A program made the position numbers and the translations under genes. Below the pieces are notes generated by a model, which was not told the origin of the DNA, ran no database searches, and saw only the letters and a list, made by a program, of their open reading frames with translations. Below are positions 1-13,590 of a stretch of 64,000 nucleotides of DNA, in pieces. Within the stretch, counting starts at the first letter, position 1; each line of letters begins with the position of its first letter. Source of the stretch: Felis catus (taxonomy: Eukaryota); the NCBI RefSeq assembly GCF_018350175.1, contig NC_058368.1, positions 50,903,815 through 50,967,814 of the forward strand, given 5' to 3'.

Positions 1-59
1 CTAACCTATGTATTTATGATTTGTATGTATAGTGTCCTTCTCAATAAAAGTTACAACTG

Positions 60-1650
60 TTAACAAATAAACAGTTGGGTGATCAATATTAGAAATTCAT
101 CTAAGAAAGCTAATAAAATATTCTGAAGATTGCCCAAATACCTAAACAATACTTATAAAAAGTAAGAGCTTTTGTCAAAAATTTAGTTCACCCAATATTA
201 ATTTAATGCAATTTCAGTTAGAATCCTAATTTTGATGATCCTGTTGAGGTTTTTTGTGGGGAAGAAGATGGATAAAATTGTTTTAGGGTTCAGAAGATAA
301 AAGAAATGTCAATGATGAAAAAGAAGATTGTGAACAAAGAAAAACAGTAAGGGGCATATATATCTTATTAGATATTTATATTTACTATAAAGTCACTATA
401 ATCCCTGGCACTGACACAGAAATAGATAAATATATTTGTGGAACAAAATAGAGTCCAGAAATAAATCCACAAAAGTGACATTTTAATTCAGTGGGAAATA
501 ATTGGTTTATTAATAAATGATCCTGGCATAATTGGCTATCTGTCTACAAGAAAACAAGCTAGATCTACCTCGTGCCATATGCCGAAATGAATTCCAGATG
601 GATAAAATTTTAATGCAAAAATATTTCTGAAGTTTTTAAAAGTTAAGAAATTTTAAAAAACTGGAGGTAGGAAAAAACTTTCTATGAAAAACATAATTGT
701 TTGAAGTGATAAAAGACATATTTTGACTTCATAATATTAAAACATACATAGATGTTAGGGGCGCCTGGGTGGCTCAGTCGGTTGGGCGTCCGACTTCAGC
801 CAGGTCACGATCTCGCGGTCCGTGAGTTCGAGCCCCGCGTCGGGCTCTGGGCTGATGGCTCAGAGCCTGGAGCCTGTTTCCGATTCTGTGTCTCCCTCTC
901 TCTCTGCCCCTCCCCCGTTCATGCTCTGTCTCTCTCTGTCCCAAAAATAAATAAACGTTGAAAAAACAATTAAAAAATAAAAAAAATAAAATAAAAACAA
1001 AACATACATAGATGTCAAATCCACTGTAAACAAAGTCACAATAAAAAAAGATAAACTAGGAAAACATTGGCAGTTCATACGACAAAGGACTACTATATCT
1101 AACAAGCAAAAAGAATGCCTCTAATTTGAAAAATAAAGAAGAATTGAAAGAAAAATGGACAGAAGCTACAAACAGGCAACTTATAGAAGATGAAACCCAA
1201 TTGGCCAATAAATGTGACAAGATGCTCAGCTTCACAACTATCTAGAGAAGTAGAAACTAACACACAAAGTGGCATTTTTCACCCATATGGGCAAAAATAA
1301 GATGTATGGAATTTGGTGCTGATGAAGATGTGGGGAAAGGAGAATCCTCACATTTTATTGCTGGGACTCAAGCTCCTGGTAAGCTAACGTTAAGAGGTTG
1401 AGCAATTGGTATAAACATTCAAAATACACATACCTTTTGACCAAACAATTTCACTTTAGAAAATCCACCCTACAGAGACAAAAGCACCGGTGTGTGATGA
1501 TAAATACAAGGCTGATCATTGCAACAATTTTGTTGCAGTAGCAACAAAAAAAGGAAAAATAAAAAACCCTGAAAATAAATGAATGTCATCAATACAGAAA
1601 TAGTGAAATACATTGCAGGATATCCATTCTGCAGATGCGGCTTTTGAAAA
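60..1650 (+). mobile_element. Ancient LINE-1 (L1M/L1ME-like) ORF2/3' region relic, interrupted by a SINE
   Basis: Degenerate L1 motifs: gaacaaaatagagtccagaaataaatccac, aaaaatggacagaag, ggccaataaatgtgacaagatgctcagc, ccttttgaccaaacaatttcacttt; no intact ORF. Confidence 0.75.
758..998 (+). mobile_element. Can-SINE (feline SINEC_Fc-like), young
   Basis: tRNA-like head, (CT)n, A tail; TSD aaaacatacatagatgt at 739-755 and 999-1015. Confidence 0.97.
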
Positions 1651-1689
1651 AAAGGGAGAAGGGAAGAGGGGAGACGGGGGGGGGGGGTG

Positions 1690-1850
1690 TTGGTTGCTAA
1701 TCAATGGGTATAAAGTTGCAGTAAGATGCATAAATTCTAGAGAAGGGCTGTGCAACATTGTGCCTCTAGATAACATTGTATTGTAATCTAAAAATATGTT
1801 AAGAGGGTAGATCTCTTGTTAAGTGTGCTTACTACAATAAAATAAAATTT
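1690..1850 (+). mobile_element. LINE-1 3' end fragment (L1MA/L1MB-like)
   Basis: gggtataaagttgcagt...aagagggtagatctcttgttaagtgt...caataaaataaaa is typical of an L1 3' UTR end. Confidence 0.75.
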
Positions 1851-2599
1851 GTAAATGACGAAAGAAAGGAAAAAAGACTTAGATCAGTATCTATGCACTT
1901 ATTGGATATCGAAGATGCATTGCTGATTTGCATGTGATTAAGTATAGTATGACAACTTTTTGTTAGAGAACAAATGAGATCCTGTAGATGTGTATACATT
2001 TGTTTATGTAAGCACTGAGAAAGTCAGGGAACTTGACATGCATAGCAGTTTGAAACACCTGGGGACAGAGGGAATGAGAAAAAACTCTCTCTTAATACAT
2101 CTTTGCAATGTTTCACCAATTTCAATGAACACATATCTCGTAATTACAGATTTTTACTAGATACTTTTTATGGAATGCTTGTTGACTAAAAACGGACATT
2201 TGACCCTATTCTAGTATAAACTCACACATTCTAATTAATATAAATTCTTTGTCTTTACTTGTATATCACTCCTCTCTTGGATTGACTTTTGCCCTCTCTC
2301 CCCTAGCTTCCTTCTTAGCACCTTTTTCTCACTCATTCTTGAAATAAATCATTTCTGATCATCTCTTCTCATAGACATTTCTTTCCTGTGTGTTTATGGT
2401 CTTTAATTCACTTATTCATGGTCCCAAATCCCCACGAATTCAGAGAAATGTAGGAGACAGATAAGGAAATCAAAAAATTAAAATAGGCTGAGATAATCTC
2501 TTAATGTAACATACATTGAACTCCTAGAGAGAAGTACACAGAAGTACATTTGGAAACACCAGAAAGTTACCAACCACCTGGGGGCAAGCCTTTGGAGCA

Positions 2600-3600
2600 G
2601 AATCCTGAAGAAAGAGAACTTGGCTTTGCCAGATGAACGCGGAAGAGGGCCGGCATTCCCGACATCGCAAACAGTGGGTGTATGTTGCCATTCATTGATT
2701 CTTCCCCCCCCCCCCCCCCCCCCACCAAGCAACATTCAGTTTTTGGATCAACCACATGAATTATAGAAGACTGCCTACTGGACTACACGTGTGCTAAAAA
2801 TAAATTTCCTGTTCTGAAAAATGTAGAGAAATAAAGACGTTGCCAGGCTAGTAAGATAGGCCAATAAAAAAGTATCCGTTTGGAATTCAAATTCCGGAGG
2901 AGAAATAAGAATCTTGCAAATGCTATCCTCTTCTCCTCTAAGCTTCCGGCATTTATATTTTCACTACGTCTACAAGACAAATGCAGTCCCCAGCCTCACA
3001 GAGCCATGCAGGCATGACGAGTGCAAACATAAAAACAGCGCAGGGTGCTGTGGCAGGTGCATACACTTGTCAGCGTTTTGTTTGAGTAATTAATTATAAA
3101 ATATTTTGTTATATACGTTGATTCACGTGGTTGTGGGGGTAGTTTTTCTTTAAGGTGAAAGGAAGATGTTTGAACTGGGGAGGGGAGTGGACGGAGGCAC
3201 TGAAACATGACTGCTACCTGCCAAGGGCAGTGCTGAAATAAAAAAGAACCTGGAAGAATCAGGGTGTAGCTCTACTGATTTCTCCTCTTCTTGTCACATG
3301 ACCGCTACCCAAACGGGAACCGAAGACAGGGGAGAATGTGTCAGAATCGGGCAAACACGCCTCCTCTGCTCTCTGCCTGGATCCTCTTCCAGAACACAGA
3401 AGCATATTCGCTCAACAATGCGGAAGAGAATTTCGCCATCGCGAGAACTTGCCTTGTGTGTAGCAGAATCGTACACCTGTAGAGAGGATGAGTGGAAGCT
3501 ATCTTAGAAATATCTATCTCAGCTCTTTTTATAAAGTCAGAGCAGAGCAGTTGTAGATGTTCCAGACCTCACAGCGTCTTTCCTCTAATTCCGCCTGCCT
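2600..3600. promoter_or_regulatory. Repeat-free, CpG-retaining segment; candidate promoter/enhancer
   Basis: More CpG than the flanks by eye; CACGTG at 2786 and 3124; ETS-type CCGGAAG on - strand near 2942; CATCGCGAGA at 3437-3446. Confidence 0.35.
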
Positions 3601-5426
3601 CAGACAAGTCCTTTGCATAAGAAGCAAGCAAATATTTCTTGAATTTCTGCAAGTATCAGCTAAGATCTTTTTGCAACTTTCTCCAGTAAGGATGCTTCTT
3701 TAAGTGTACAAAGGAAATTTGCCATTAAAAGAAACTGAAATGAATTATTTTGAGTGAAATAAATCTCCTTTCATCAATATGGGGTTTCAGTTTTTAAAGA
3801 CTACTGTATTTTTCTGAGAAGGAAGCAGGGCATTATATTCTTAAACTGTAACAAGAAACAATTAATGCTCTAGCTCTTGTCACAATAGCTAGAGAAAGTA
3901 TTGCAATGATCCCATCAACTCCACCATTAGATAGTTACTGAGAAATGTCTTATGTTTCTATTCCACTCGATAATGTGCCCAAGTGTTTTTAAAAATAAAG
4001 GATATCTCAAGATTGTCCAGTTAGAATAAGATCAGCACATCTATTCGTCCCTCAGCCCCAGAAGTTCTGTTAATTCTGACTTGCCTTTTGCTTCTCTGCC
4101 TCCCTCCTGTAGACTTTTTTTCCCTGGCATTTTAATTTTTTTATTACACATTTTTTATCAGCTGCAGGGCACCACCTGTTTCTAAGCACTTGGCATTCAT
4201 GTCTAATAAATTGTTCTATAAATACCTTGGAGCCTTTCTTTATAGTCCTTGTCAACCTTTCCCTACTATATTTCAATCTTCAGTGATTTGCAATCATACT
4301 TTAAATAAAAGAAAAAATATTCAGTTATGGTCTAGGAGAAGGCACAAAGTTTGTAAAGGAGGGTAAGTGAAATCGTGTCTATCTTAGAAAATGGACGCGA
4401 CATACCACAGCATATTCTCTTCCTCCTTATCGTCATCCAAATGTTGCTTTTCCTTTTAGCGCTTCCACACTCACACCAATGCAGCATTTCAGTTCAACAA
4501 ATATTTCAGTGCCCAGTGTGTTGGAGGCACTGGAGCATCACAGACAAATGAAACGTGGCCCATGCACTGGGAGTACACAGTCCCACGAAGAAGAGAGAGT
4601 GTCCAGTTACTATACTACAAGGTGATTAGTGCTATGTAATAGAGGTATTATCAGGCAGTAGAAACTTTTAAGTTGTTCTTAAAATGGATATACGGAGTAA
4701 AGTATATGAATTATGTGTACATGAGAAATTGGAATCCAAGAGGATGACTAACACAGGAAAATGTAGCTTAGAAGACTCCAGTTGTGGCTCTTCGGTCGCT
4801 GGAGACTAGCTTATTCTGGAATTAGGTCCTCTCTCCCTGAACATGGCAAAGTGTTTGGATTCTCTTTCAAATTCCAACCTATGCCTGCCCCTTCCACCAG
4901 CCAGGCACAGTCCACCTCACCTGGGGGCTCTGTGAGATATTTACACATATACCTAATCTAGTCTCCAACTTCTTTGCCTGTCCCAAGGCTTCTTTCCCCC
5001 TGGCTATTCCCACCACAGAGTGTTTTGTTTTGTCTTGTTTCCATTTCCTACAGATTGTAATTCCTCACCCTCATCTCTAAATAGTCATCTGGTGACTAGA
5101 ACTAACTTTAGAATGAGGCACTAGAATCGATCACTGTTTTGGGAAGCCCCAAAGAATCTCTTGCTCCCACCGCAAACAATAACTGACATTAGCAGAGATA
5201 AGACATCAGCCATGAGAGATCACAAACTCGAGGATATGAAACCAGACAAAAGTAAAGATGAAAGAGATAATAAAAAGAGCCAAAGCCTATCAATACAGGG
5301 CAGAAACTAGATTTTAAACAGAATAGCAAAATCTGACTGGGAAGATTTTCAGGGGGTTCTCCAAGGTCAACAGGTTGATTCCTTCCTTTTCTCCTGATTT
5401 GCAGTTTTTGTTTGGGATTTTTGTCT

Positions 5427-5472
5427 TGTTTTGTTTTGTTTTGTTTTGTTTTGTTTTGTTTTGTTTTGTTTT
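5427..5472. repeat. (TTTTG)n microsatellite
   Basis: Direct reading. Confidence 0.95.
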
Positions 5473-8269
5473 GAATGCTTCCAATAGTTTCTTCCCACAT
5501 CTTGATGGCCCAAGAGGAAAACTATAGTTTTCTCATCATCCAAATGCCACAGTTAGCCACTCCAACCCACACTTAAAGCACCAAGAATTCAGTCTGGAGA
5601 ACTGAGCGGCAAGAAAAAGGTAAGGGCTCTGGTTCATCTGGATTCAATCAGTCCCAATCTTCCAGTGAGCACTTAAAAAAAGGAGGCTTTTAAGCCTCAA
5701 AATACTTTGAAGAAATTCTTGTAGCTTCAAAGGAACCTTCCCAGAGCATATTTTCTAGCCGATCTGTGATCTCTCGGCTAAAACTCTTGAGGTTTGGAAC
5801 CCACTGTCTACAGGTTCCCCCATTTAAGCCCAACCCGTGGGACACACAACCTGGACTCTTTCTGTGGAAGAAGCTGATTCTTTCCTGCTTGGTTTGGACT
5901 TCTGTCTGGCTACCTCCTGCCTTTCTTGAAACTATAACATCTTTGGGCAAAGAATCTCCACATGTTTTCTAAGCAAGGGCTTACGCTTAGGTATTATCTA
6001 AGGGCAAGTTCCCCAGGGCTGCTTCTCACACAAGATGTCGTGTTTTCAAACATCATCCGGTAATTCTTCATCATGATAATATTTCTTGTGTAAACTTGTG
6101 CCATGAAAATGTTACTCCATAAATATTGAATAATAAATGTGGAAAGATAAAACTCTTCAGCATTTCCTCAGAAAACCTTAACATCTTGAATAATTTCAAT
6201 GTATTTACTTGAAAATGCTTCTTTGAATCCTATTCATTTCAGACCAAATGTAGACTGGTGTTGGCCCAAAAGTTTCTTGTAAATTATTGAGGATGCAGTG
6301 AGTTTCTTCATGGAGACAATCATATAAAAGATGCTTATATGATGGTACCAATCCTCATTAGCACATCTGATTCCATTTGATACTAACCGTACCACCCTTT
6401 GTAATAGATCTCCCCACACACTGGAGAATTCCAGAAGATATCACACACTCCGCCAAATCTACTCCTCACACACAGCTTTCCTTGTTCTACCTCCAGAACT
6501 ACATAAAAGGGAAGAATAAAACTAATGTTTGTCCAGCAACTACTAAGTGCTGCCATGGGGTAATGTATTAAGTCTTACTTAATTTCCTATCAACTAGATT
6601 GAAAATCCAGTCACAGGAAGTCTGATAGGAGCTATAATTATATAATCATATGTTAATGTTGCAATATTTCCAACTGCAGACCTACGGTATTCCTCTGTGC
6701 AGCAGGGGACCATGCTTGGTGATAGTGTAAAGAGGGAAAGAATGGTTTTTAAAGAAGAATGGGCAAACAGCTAAACAGGTAATGCCCTTACCACCATATT
6801 GCTCTCATCCTGCATCTATCTTCATCAGAAGCATGGGCCTAATAATACTGGACCAAGAGGTATGGAGTCAGAAATAGCTGTGCAAAATAGTTTTGCTAAG
6901 TATTAACCCTGGCACTCTAATGCATCATGAAACCTAACTCCTACCACTGCCGTGAGGTTTCATGGCGACACATGAAAACCATGACTTGCAGGGCCCTAGG
7001 TGAAATAAGAACTTTAAAAAATGCTGGCATTCTTCCCTGCCCCCCCCCTTGATATTTCACATTATACATAGAATTTTAAAACACTTTTTTAAAAAATGAA
7101 ATTCCAGGTTTCTGAACCACAGAGGAAACTGTCCAAAGCTAGGAGCATAACTGCTGCCATGTTGGGCAGCCTACACAGTAATTGGATCTTTCTGGTGTCT
7201 TAACTTCTTCCACCGTAAACAGTTTTCCCCGTCCAAAGAGCCATGGGATGTGGGTCATCTCTACAGGATGGGTGTCTCGTGATCACTTAGCGCTGACCCC
7301 AACTTGCTTTGGAGTGGAATCCTGCACATGATGGCAAAGGCTGCATTCCTACAAAAGGACATATTTCTAAGCTGAGGCAGTATCATTGTTTAGAAATAAA
7401 CATCTATTATTTCCCTTTATCTTCTTGTTTAGTAGGTGTCCCTTTGTTCAGAGTGACCTGGCAAAGTGTGATTAACAGGAACTTGCAGCAAATTTTTAAA
7501 AATCCATTCAGAAGTCTCAGTTGAGGGAGGGGAAAATGGAGAGCCTAAAAACATTTGAGAAAATGCCAGGGGGTTGTTCAGAACTTGCTTATTAAACCTC
7601 AGACCTAGTTAGTAAGTTCTTCTCTTTTAGGTGAATAAGGAATGATCTCGAAGGTGCCTTCTAGCTCTAAATTTCTATGATTTAAAGTGAGCAGGTTTCC
7701 TTAAGAGAGCAAGCTTTTTAATGATATGAGCGGTAGATCTGAACCCTTAAGCTCTTCTTCAGAAATTCATTTCAAGGGACTGATTTCTGCTTTCAGTATT
7801 CATCAAAGCCCAAGCCTGTACTTACTCCATGGAGGCGAACTTCTTTAGAGGAGCGCGTCTTTATGTGATGTGCCCTGCCAAAGCAGCATGCATTTTTAAC
7901 CTAGGTTGCACAGGATTGGGGGAAGTCCACAGAATGTTTGGAGCTGATGAAACATTCTCTAACCTCTTCGCTCCAGCCTGGGAGTGAGGAACGAAATACA
8001 ATGTTCTGTGAATTTTAGTTTTCATTTTAATTAAAATTCTTATTTTCCCTCAGTCTAAATTCTTAATCTCGGTTCATCTTCAATTCTGTCCAACACAGAC
8101 TCCTGAGCTGCTGTAGACAACCCAATACACACAAAAATTACCATTCAGGTCTGGACAGTCTTCTCTAAGAGGCCCATTTAAAAGGAAGAAACTAAGCTGA
8201 GGGACGCTAAGAACAGCTAACGTGCCCTGCATTCAGCTGAGGCCTTACATCAATTCATTCCATCTTTGT

Positions 8270-8390
8270 CATTACCCTATGAGGTAGGAACAATATATTA
8301 TAACTAGGGAAAATGGAAGTATAATAAGTTTCCCAAAGATACATAGATATTAAGTGATAGAGACAGGTTACAAATCCAGGGGCCAAGCAC
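8270..8390 (-). mobile_element. MIR relic
   Basis: accctatgaggtagg...gaaaatggaag...tttcccaaagatacatag...aagtgatagagacagg matches the MIR core pattern. Confidence 0.6.
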
Positions 8391-8603
8391 TGTGTTACAA
8401 GGGGTTCGTGTGAGAGATTTCCTCGGCTTGATCCTCAGAGATTGTATTCATTTTTGGAGAGTGGGATGGGATGGTGGAGGAGGCAGTGGATGCCAGGGCA
8501 GCACCTGCCGGCTCACAAACCGACCACCACCCCCACTCCCCACCCCACAGAGCTGCTTGTTGACCACAGCGGCACCTTGCTGGATGGAGACCAGGGATCA
8601 GTA

Positions 8604-8817
8604 TTTTTTTCAAATGTTTATTTATTTTTGAGGGAGAGAGACAGAGTGTGTGTGAGCAGGGGAGAGGCAGAGAGAGAGGGAGACACAGAATCCGAAGCAG
8701 GCTCCAGGTTCCGAGCTGTCAGCACAGAGCCCGATGCGGGGCTCGAACCCACAAACCATGAGATCATGACCTGAGCCGAAGTCAGCGGCTTAGCCGACTG
8801 AGTCACCCAGGTGCCCC
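8604..8817 (-). mobile_element. Can-SINE
   Basis: Reverse-complement head cacccaggtgcccc; imperfect TSD g(g/a)gatc(a/g)gtatttt. Confidence 0.95.
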
Positions 8818-10089
8818 CAGAGATCGGTATTTTTTTTTTTAACTCTTCGGATAATTTTTACATGCAGGCGGGGTTGAAAACTACTCCTCACAGACTGCTA
8901 GCTCTAGTTTCTGCGAGGAGTGAAATCAGAGAGAGAAGGCACTTTTCGCTACATGAAGTGTCTGAGGAAGCATGCATTTTATAAAATGAGTCACAAAATT
9001 TAAAGAAACCAATAAGGAAATAGCATTGTCGAGTCTGCTTCTGTCTTTTACTCGCAGATATAGAAATATCAGTCAGCGTCATGCTTTGGTCTTGGTAACG
9101 GGATGAAGACAGCAGGTAACGAAGAAAGGTTACCACTGCCTACCCAGGAAAGTCAAGAGCAGCGAGGCAGTGCTGTGAACGGCCAAGAGCAGATTCTCAG
9201 CAGACAGAGCACGGTTCCAGGGAAGAGACACGGGGTGTTGACAGGTAGGAAGGGAAGATCAAGGAAACTAAGCAGAAAGGTCTGACACCAAAGAACTGGA
9301 GTCCAGTTCCGATGCCTGGGCTTGAAACACAAGAGAAGAGTTCGTACCTGACAAGATTGGCAAGAACCAGGGTAAACTTTGGTCACAGAGGAACTTGGTT
9401 CCTAGGCAGGCCACCCAGTTGTAAAAACAGTATGGAGAAGTGACACTGGGGCACGGTTCCTGAAAGACTGGTTAACTAGGCCAAGGTTCTGAGAGGACCA
9501 GAAATAAAGCCGGCCTGACTATGAGCCCCTACCTGAACTTGCTAAATGCCCAGGGCCTTGGCCATGTTTTTGCCACATCCATCGAAACCAAAGCGAACTG
9601 CCTCCTGGAACTGAAATTCTGCAGGGCAGTGAGCCAACAAATTTGATATATACAATGTCACTTCAGTGACACTCTGTGAATTACAGTTTTCCTTGCTATG
9701 CAACTTCACTTACATAGGCTGAAAATAAATAAATAATAAAACCAGATGCCACTGCGATTGATCCACATAATGAGGTCACTCCATCCCCTTTACAGAATTT
9801 CTTAGGTAGCACAAATTCTTCATCTAGGTCTAGCCTCGTGATTTTTAGCAAAACACCACATAGTGTAGTAAAAGTGAATAATAAGTAGAAAGAGTAGGTA
9901 TCAACAGAGCAGCATAGATGTGAAACATTCGGGATGTGTGTCACAAAAAAGCCAAAATATAGAGCAGAAGACATGGCCCCATTATGTTCACATAATGATG
10001 AAGTTATCCTTACATTTCAAGCAACACAAGAGAGGAAAACTTTGAGAATGAAAAATGGCTCCAAGGGCTGCCACTAAGAAATATGCAGG

Positions 10090-10158
10090 TGTCATACCGC
10101 ATACCTTAACCTTACACAGTTATGTATGTTGATTATTTCTCAATAAAACTGGAAAAAA
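10090..10158 (+). mobile_element. Short 5'-truncated LINE-1 3' tip
   Basis: ataccttaaccttacacagttatgtatgttgattatttctcaataaaactggaaaaaa; aagaaata on both sides. Confidence 0.65.
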
Positions 10159-10592
10159 AGAAATACATGGACAGACAAGAAATGTATTGGCACAATTTTC
10201 TCAGCAACTTCATTCAGATGCGTTCTTTGAAAACAGTATCATCCTTTCGCTGTGACCCATTTGTTTAGAGGTGATGATGATAGATCACACACGTACATTG
10301 CTGTCCACAAAACCTCAAATTCTTCGAGGTCTTGGGGCAGAAACTCTAGTGGTGCCTAACACATAATAGATACTCAATAGATATTTATTGAATTGAAAGG
10401 ATGGTATAAAATGGTCTCAGTATTGCCTATCACTGGGGCAGATCTGAGGTGGCAAGGGTAGATGTTCCAGAAGGAATTTAGGTGATCCACCAGAATGCAT
10501 TCCTGATGAAGGCTTTTTAGTCACTAACTGGAGTAAAATAGGGGTTTTATTGGTTACATTTACTAGGATGATACATGCTACAGACATTTAGC

Positions 10593-10642
10593 CTTTTTTT
10601 TTTGAGAGAGAGAGAGAGAGAGAGCGCACAAACAGGAGAGAG

Positions 10643-10691
<49 letters not shown>

Positions 10692-10810
10692 CTCAAGCAG
10701 GCTCCAAGCTCAGTGTGTAGACCAATGAGGGGCTCAATCCCACAACCCCAGGATCACGACCCTGGGATCATGACCTGAACCAAAAGACGGTCGCCTGACT
10801 GACTGAGCCC
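10593..10810 (-). mobile_element. Can-SINE, degenerate, with (GA)n
   Basis: SINE body and (GA)n; eroded head. Confidence 0.9.
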
Positions 10811-11520
10811 CTACAGTATTTTAAATATTAGAATTACATCATACCACATATGGGAATGCATGGACTCATTTCCTTATCTATCTCTTTAATGGCATATTTA
10901 TCTAAAATCCATTTTTATCATAATTTATCATTTTATCTATGCTAGTTTAGTGTAATTCCTCCTGACATTTTTTTGGTCTATCCCTTTAGTTTTCTATTTT
11001 GACAAACTAAACTTCAAAAACCTCTTTAGCCAACCTGGAGACATTCCGTTTTAATTTATTTTGAAAAAGAATTCAATAGGTTAACAGCACTTTCTATATG
11101 TTAGCATGTTCTCAGCCTCTTTGACATTCTGTCATCCTTTCTAAGTTATCTTTTCCTATTTTGCTCATATTAAGGATTTGTGTTTGTCTAATTTGTTTAA
11201 GACAACTTTCATTTTGTTTAAATTTTTGTTGGGCATTTAGTTCTGTGGCTATGCCAAGATGCTCAGCCTTGGAAACTTCGAAGATACACAGCCAAAGAGG
11301 CATGAATCACTTCTTTTCACCTAATAGTCTCAAATTTGTTGGTGAGTAAACTCCACTGGAAATAGATGCTTTGGCAAGGAGCTCAAGTTGTTAGACAGTG
11401 AGGCAGAGGCAGAAAAGAAGAGTTATCTGAGGTATTCTGCCCAAGGCTCTCCACTCACCCCACTCTCCACCCCAGAGAAGGTGTCCATTCTATAGGAAGC
11501 CAGGGGCAACTCAGACCTCT

Positions 11521-11734
11521 TTTTTTTTTTTTTTAACGTTTATTTATTTTTGAGACAGAGAGAGACGGAGCATGAACGGGGGAGGGTCAGAGAGAGGGAG
11601 ACACAGAATCTGAAACAGGCTCCGGGCTCTGAGCTGTCAGCACAGGGGCCCAATGCGGGGCTCGAACTCAGGAACGCGAGATCGTGACCTGAGCCGAAGT
11701 CGGCGCTCAACCGACTGAGCCACCCAGGCGCCCC
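11521..11734 (-). mobile_element. Can-SINE, young
   Basis: Full head and tail; TSD actcagacctcttt on both sides. Confidence 0.97.
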
Positions 11735-11762
11735 GACTCAGACCTCTTTTAAGGACATCACC

Positions 11763-12235
11763 ATGTGCAGTAATTTCCTGACTGCTGTCACAAAGTGGCA
11801 CGCATTTGGTGGTCTAAACACTTACTTATTCTCACAACTGCAGGCACCAAAAGTCCAAAATGGTTTCACTAAACTGAAACCGGGTATAGGCAGGCCCATG
11901 CTCTAGAGGAAAATCCATTCCTTTGTCTTTCCCAGTTTCTAGAGCTGCATTCCTTGCATTGCGGCTCTGGCTCCATCTTGCTTCTTCAAAACCATCATCA
12001 TAGAATCTTACTCCGGTGGGGATTACTTTCTTTGTATCAAAGCTCCCTTTGCCTCCCTTTTTGTAAAGACACTCGTGATTGCATTTAAATGTCCCCTACA
12101 TAATCCAGAATAACTGTATCAAAATCCTTAATTTAATCATATCTGAAAAATCTCTTTTATCGTAGAAGAAAATATTCACAGCTTCCAGGGATTAGGAATT
12201 GGATATACTCTGGAGCCATTATTCAACATATCATA
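11763..12235 (-). mobile_element. MaLR LTR (MLT1C/D-like)
   Basis: tttcctgactgctgtcacaaa...ttattctcaca...aaaatccttaatttaatcatatctg...ccagggattagga is the MLT1 antisense pattern. Confidence 0.75.
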
Positions 12236-12389
12236 GTGTGTTATCTTTTCCATATTTTAACTTGTTGTACTAACCTTACGTTTGTGTATGTTTTTAAACC
12301 TTTGTACCTCAATAACAAAACTTTGTTTTCCTCATTTATTATATATTTTCATTCGTTCACTCTTTCCATTTAAAGTGAAGGACCTACTT

Positions 12390-13295
12390 TTCTCCAGACA
12401 AAGCAATAAGCAAACCAGACAGATATGGCACAAATGTTGAAGTGATTAGATGGGAAATATAAGATAACTATGACTAATATATGAAAAGCTCTAATAGAAC
12501 AAGTAGGCAACGTGTGAAAATAAATGGGTAAGGTGGGGAGAAAGAAACTATATGAAATAATTAAAGAGAAAGACTATAAATCAAAAACACTAGCAGAAAT
12601 GAAGAATGTCTTTGATGGGCTCATTAGTAGGCTGGAACACAGTAAGGAAAGAATCAGTGAGCTTGCATATAGGTCAATAGAAACTTCCTGAAGTGAAATC
12701 AAAGAAAAATGAGAATTTTAAAAAATAGAGCAGATCATTCGAGGACTGTGTAACAATATAAAAGATATAAATATACTTATTTGGAATATCAGAAGGAAAT
12801 GAGAGAAAGAATGAGGCAGAAGAAATATTTTAAGTAATATTGACCAAGAAATTCCAACCTTAATGACGGACACCAAACCACAAATCCAGGAAACTCAGAG
12901 AACACTAAATAGGATTATTTTAAAAGTCATCTTAAACCTACGCATATTCTTCAAACTGCAGAAAATTAGACACAAGAAAAAATCTTGAAAGAAGCCACCT
13001 TACTTCTAGAGACACAAGCATAAGAATGTACTTTGTGCTAGAAACCATGCAAGCAAGAAGAGAATGGAGCAAAACAGGTAAAGTATTGAAAAGGACTCCC
13101 CAACCTAGAATTCTCTATATAGCAAAATTATCTTTAAAAAGTGAAAGAGAAATACTTTCCACAATTTTCTTTTCAGACAAATAAAAGCATGGAATTTATC
13201 ACCAGCAGAAGTGCTGGCAGAAGGAAAAGGATATGGTCAGAAAACTCAGTCTACATTAAGAAAGGAAGAGTATCAGAGAAGGAACAAATGAAGGC
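12390..13295 (+). mobile_element. Old LINE-1 (L1MC/MD-like) ORF1 relic
   Basis: gaaatgaagaatgtctttgatgggctcattagtagg, gaaagaatcagtgagcttg, caacctagaattctctatatagcaaaattatc; multiple stops. Confidence 0.8.
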
Positions 13296-13590
13296 GTGAA
13301 GGTCAGTTTTATGTGTCCACTTGGCTGAGCCACAGTCTTCATTTAGCCAATCAAGCACTAATCTAGGTGTTGCTATGATGGTATTTTGTAGATTTGATTA
13401 AAGTCCATAATCAGCTGGCTTTAAGTAAGTGAGATTATCCTAGATAATCTGAGTGGATTGATTCAGTCCGTACACTTCACATGTGGACGGTCGCTGCAGT
13501 TTTAGTAGCCCAAAAGTTCCAGCCTGCCCTTCCTAAGAGCCTGCCTTTCCTGACAGCCTGCCCTATGGACTCCTGACTTGCCCAGCCAGT
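13296..13590 (+). mobile_element. ERVL LTR (MLT2-like)
   Basis: ttttatgtgtccacttggctgagccacag...aagcactaatctaggtgttgct...gagattatcctagataatctg. Confidence 0.75.

Noticed and set aside
2478..2755. Coding-looking stretch around 2530-2680
   Set aside because: No recognisable protein in any frame and no convincing splice-site pair
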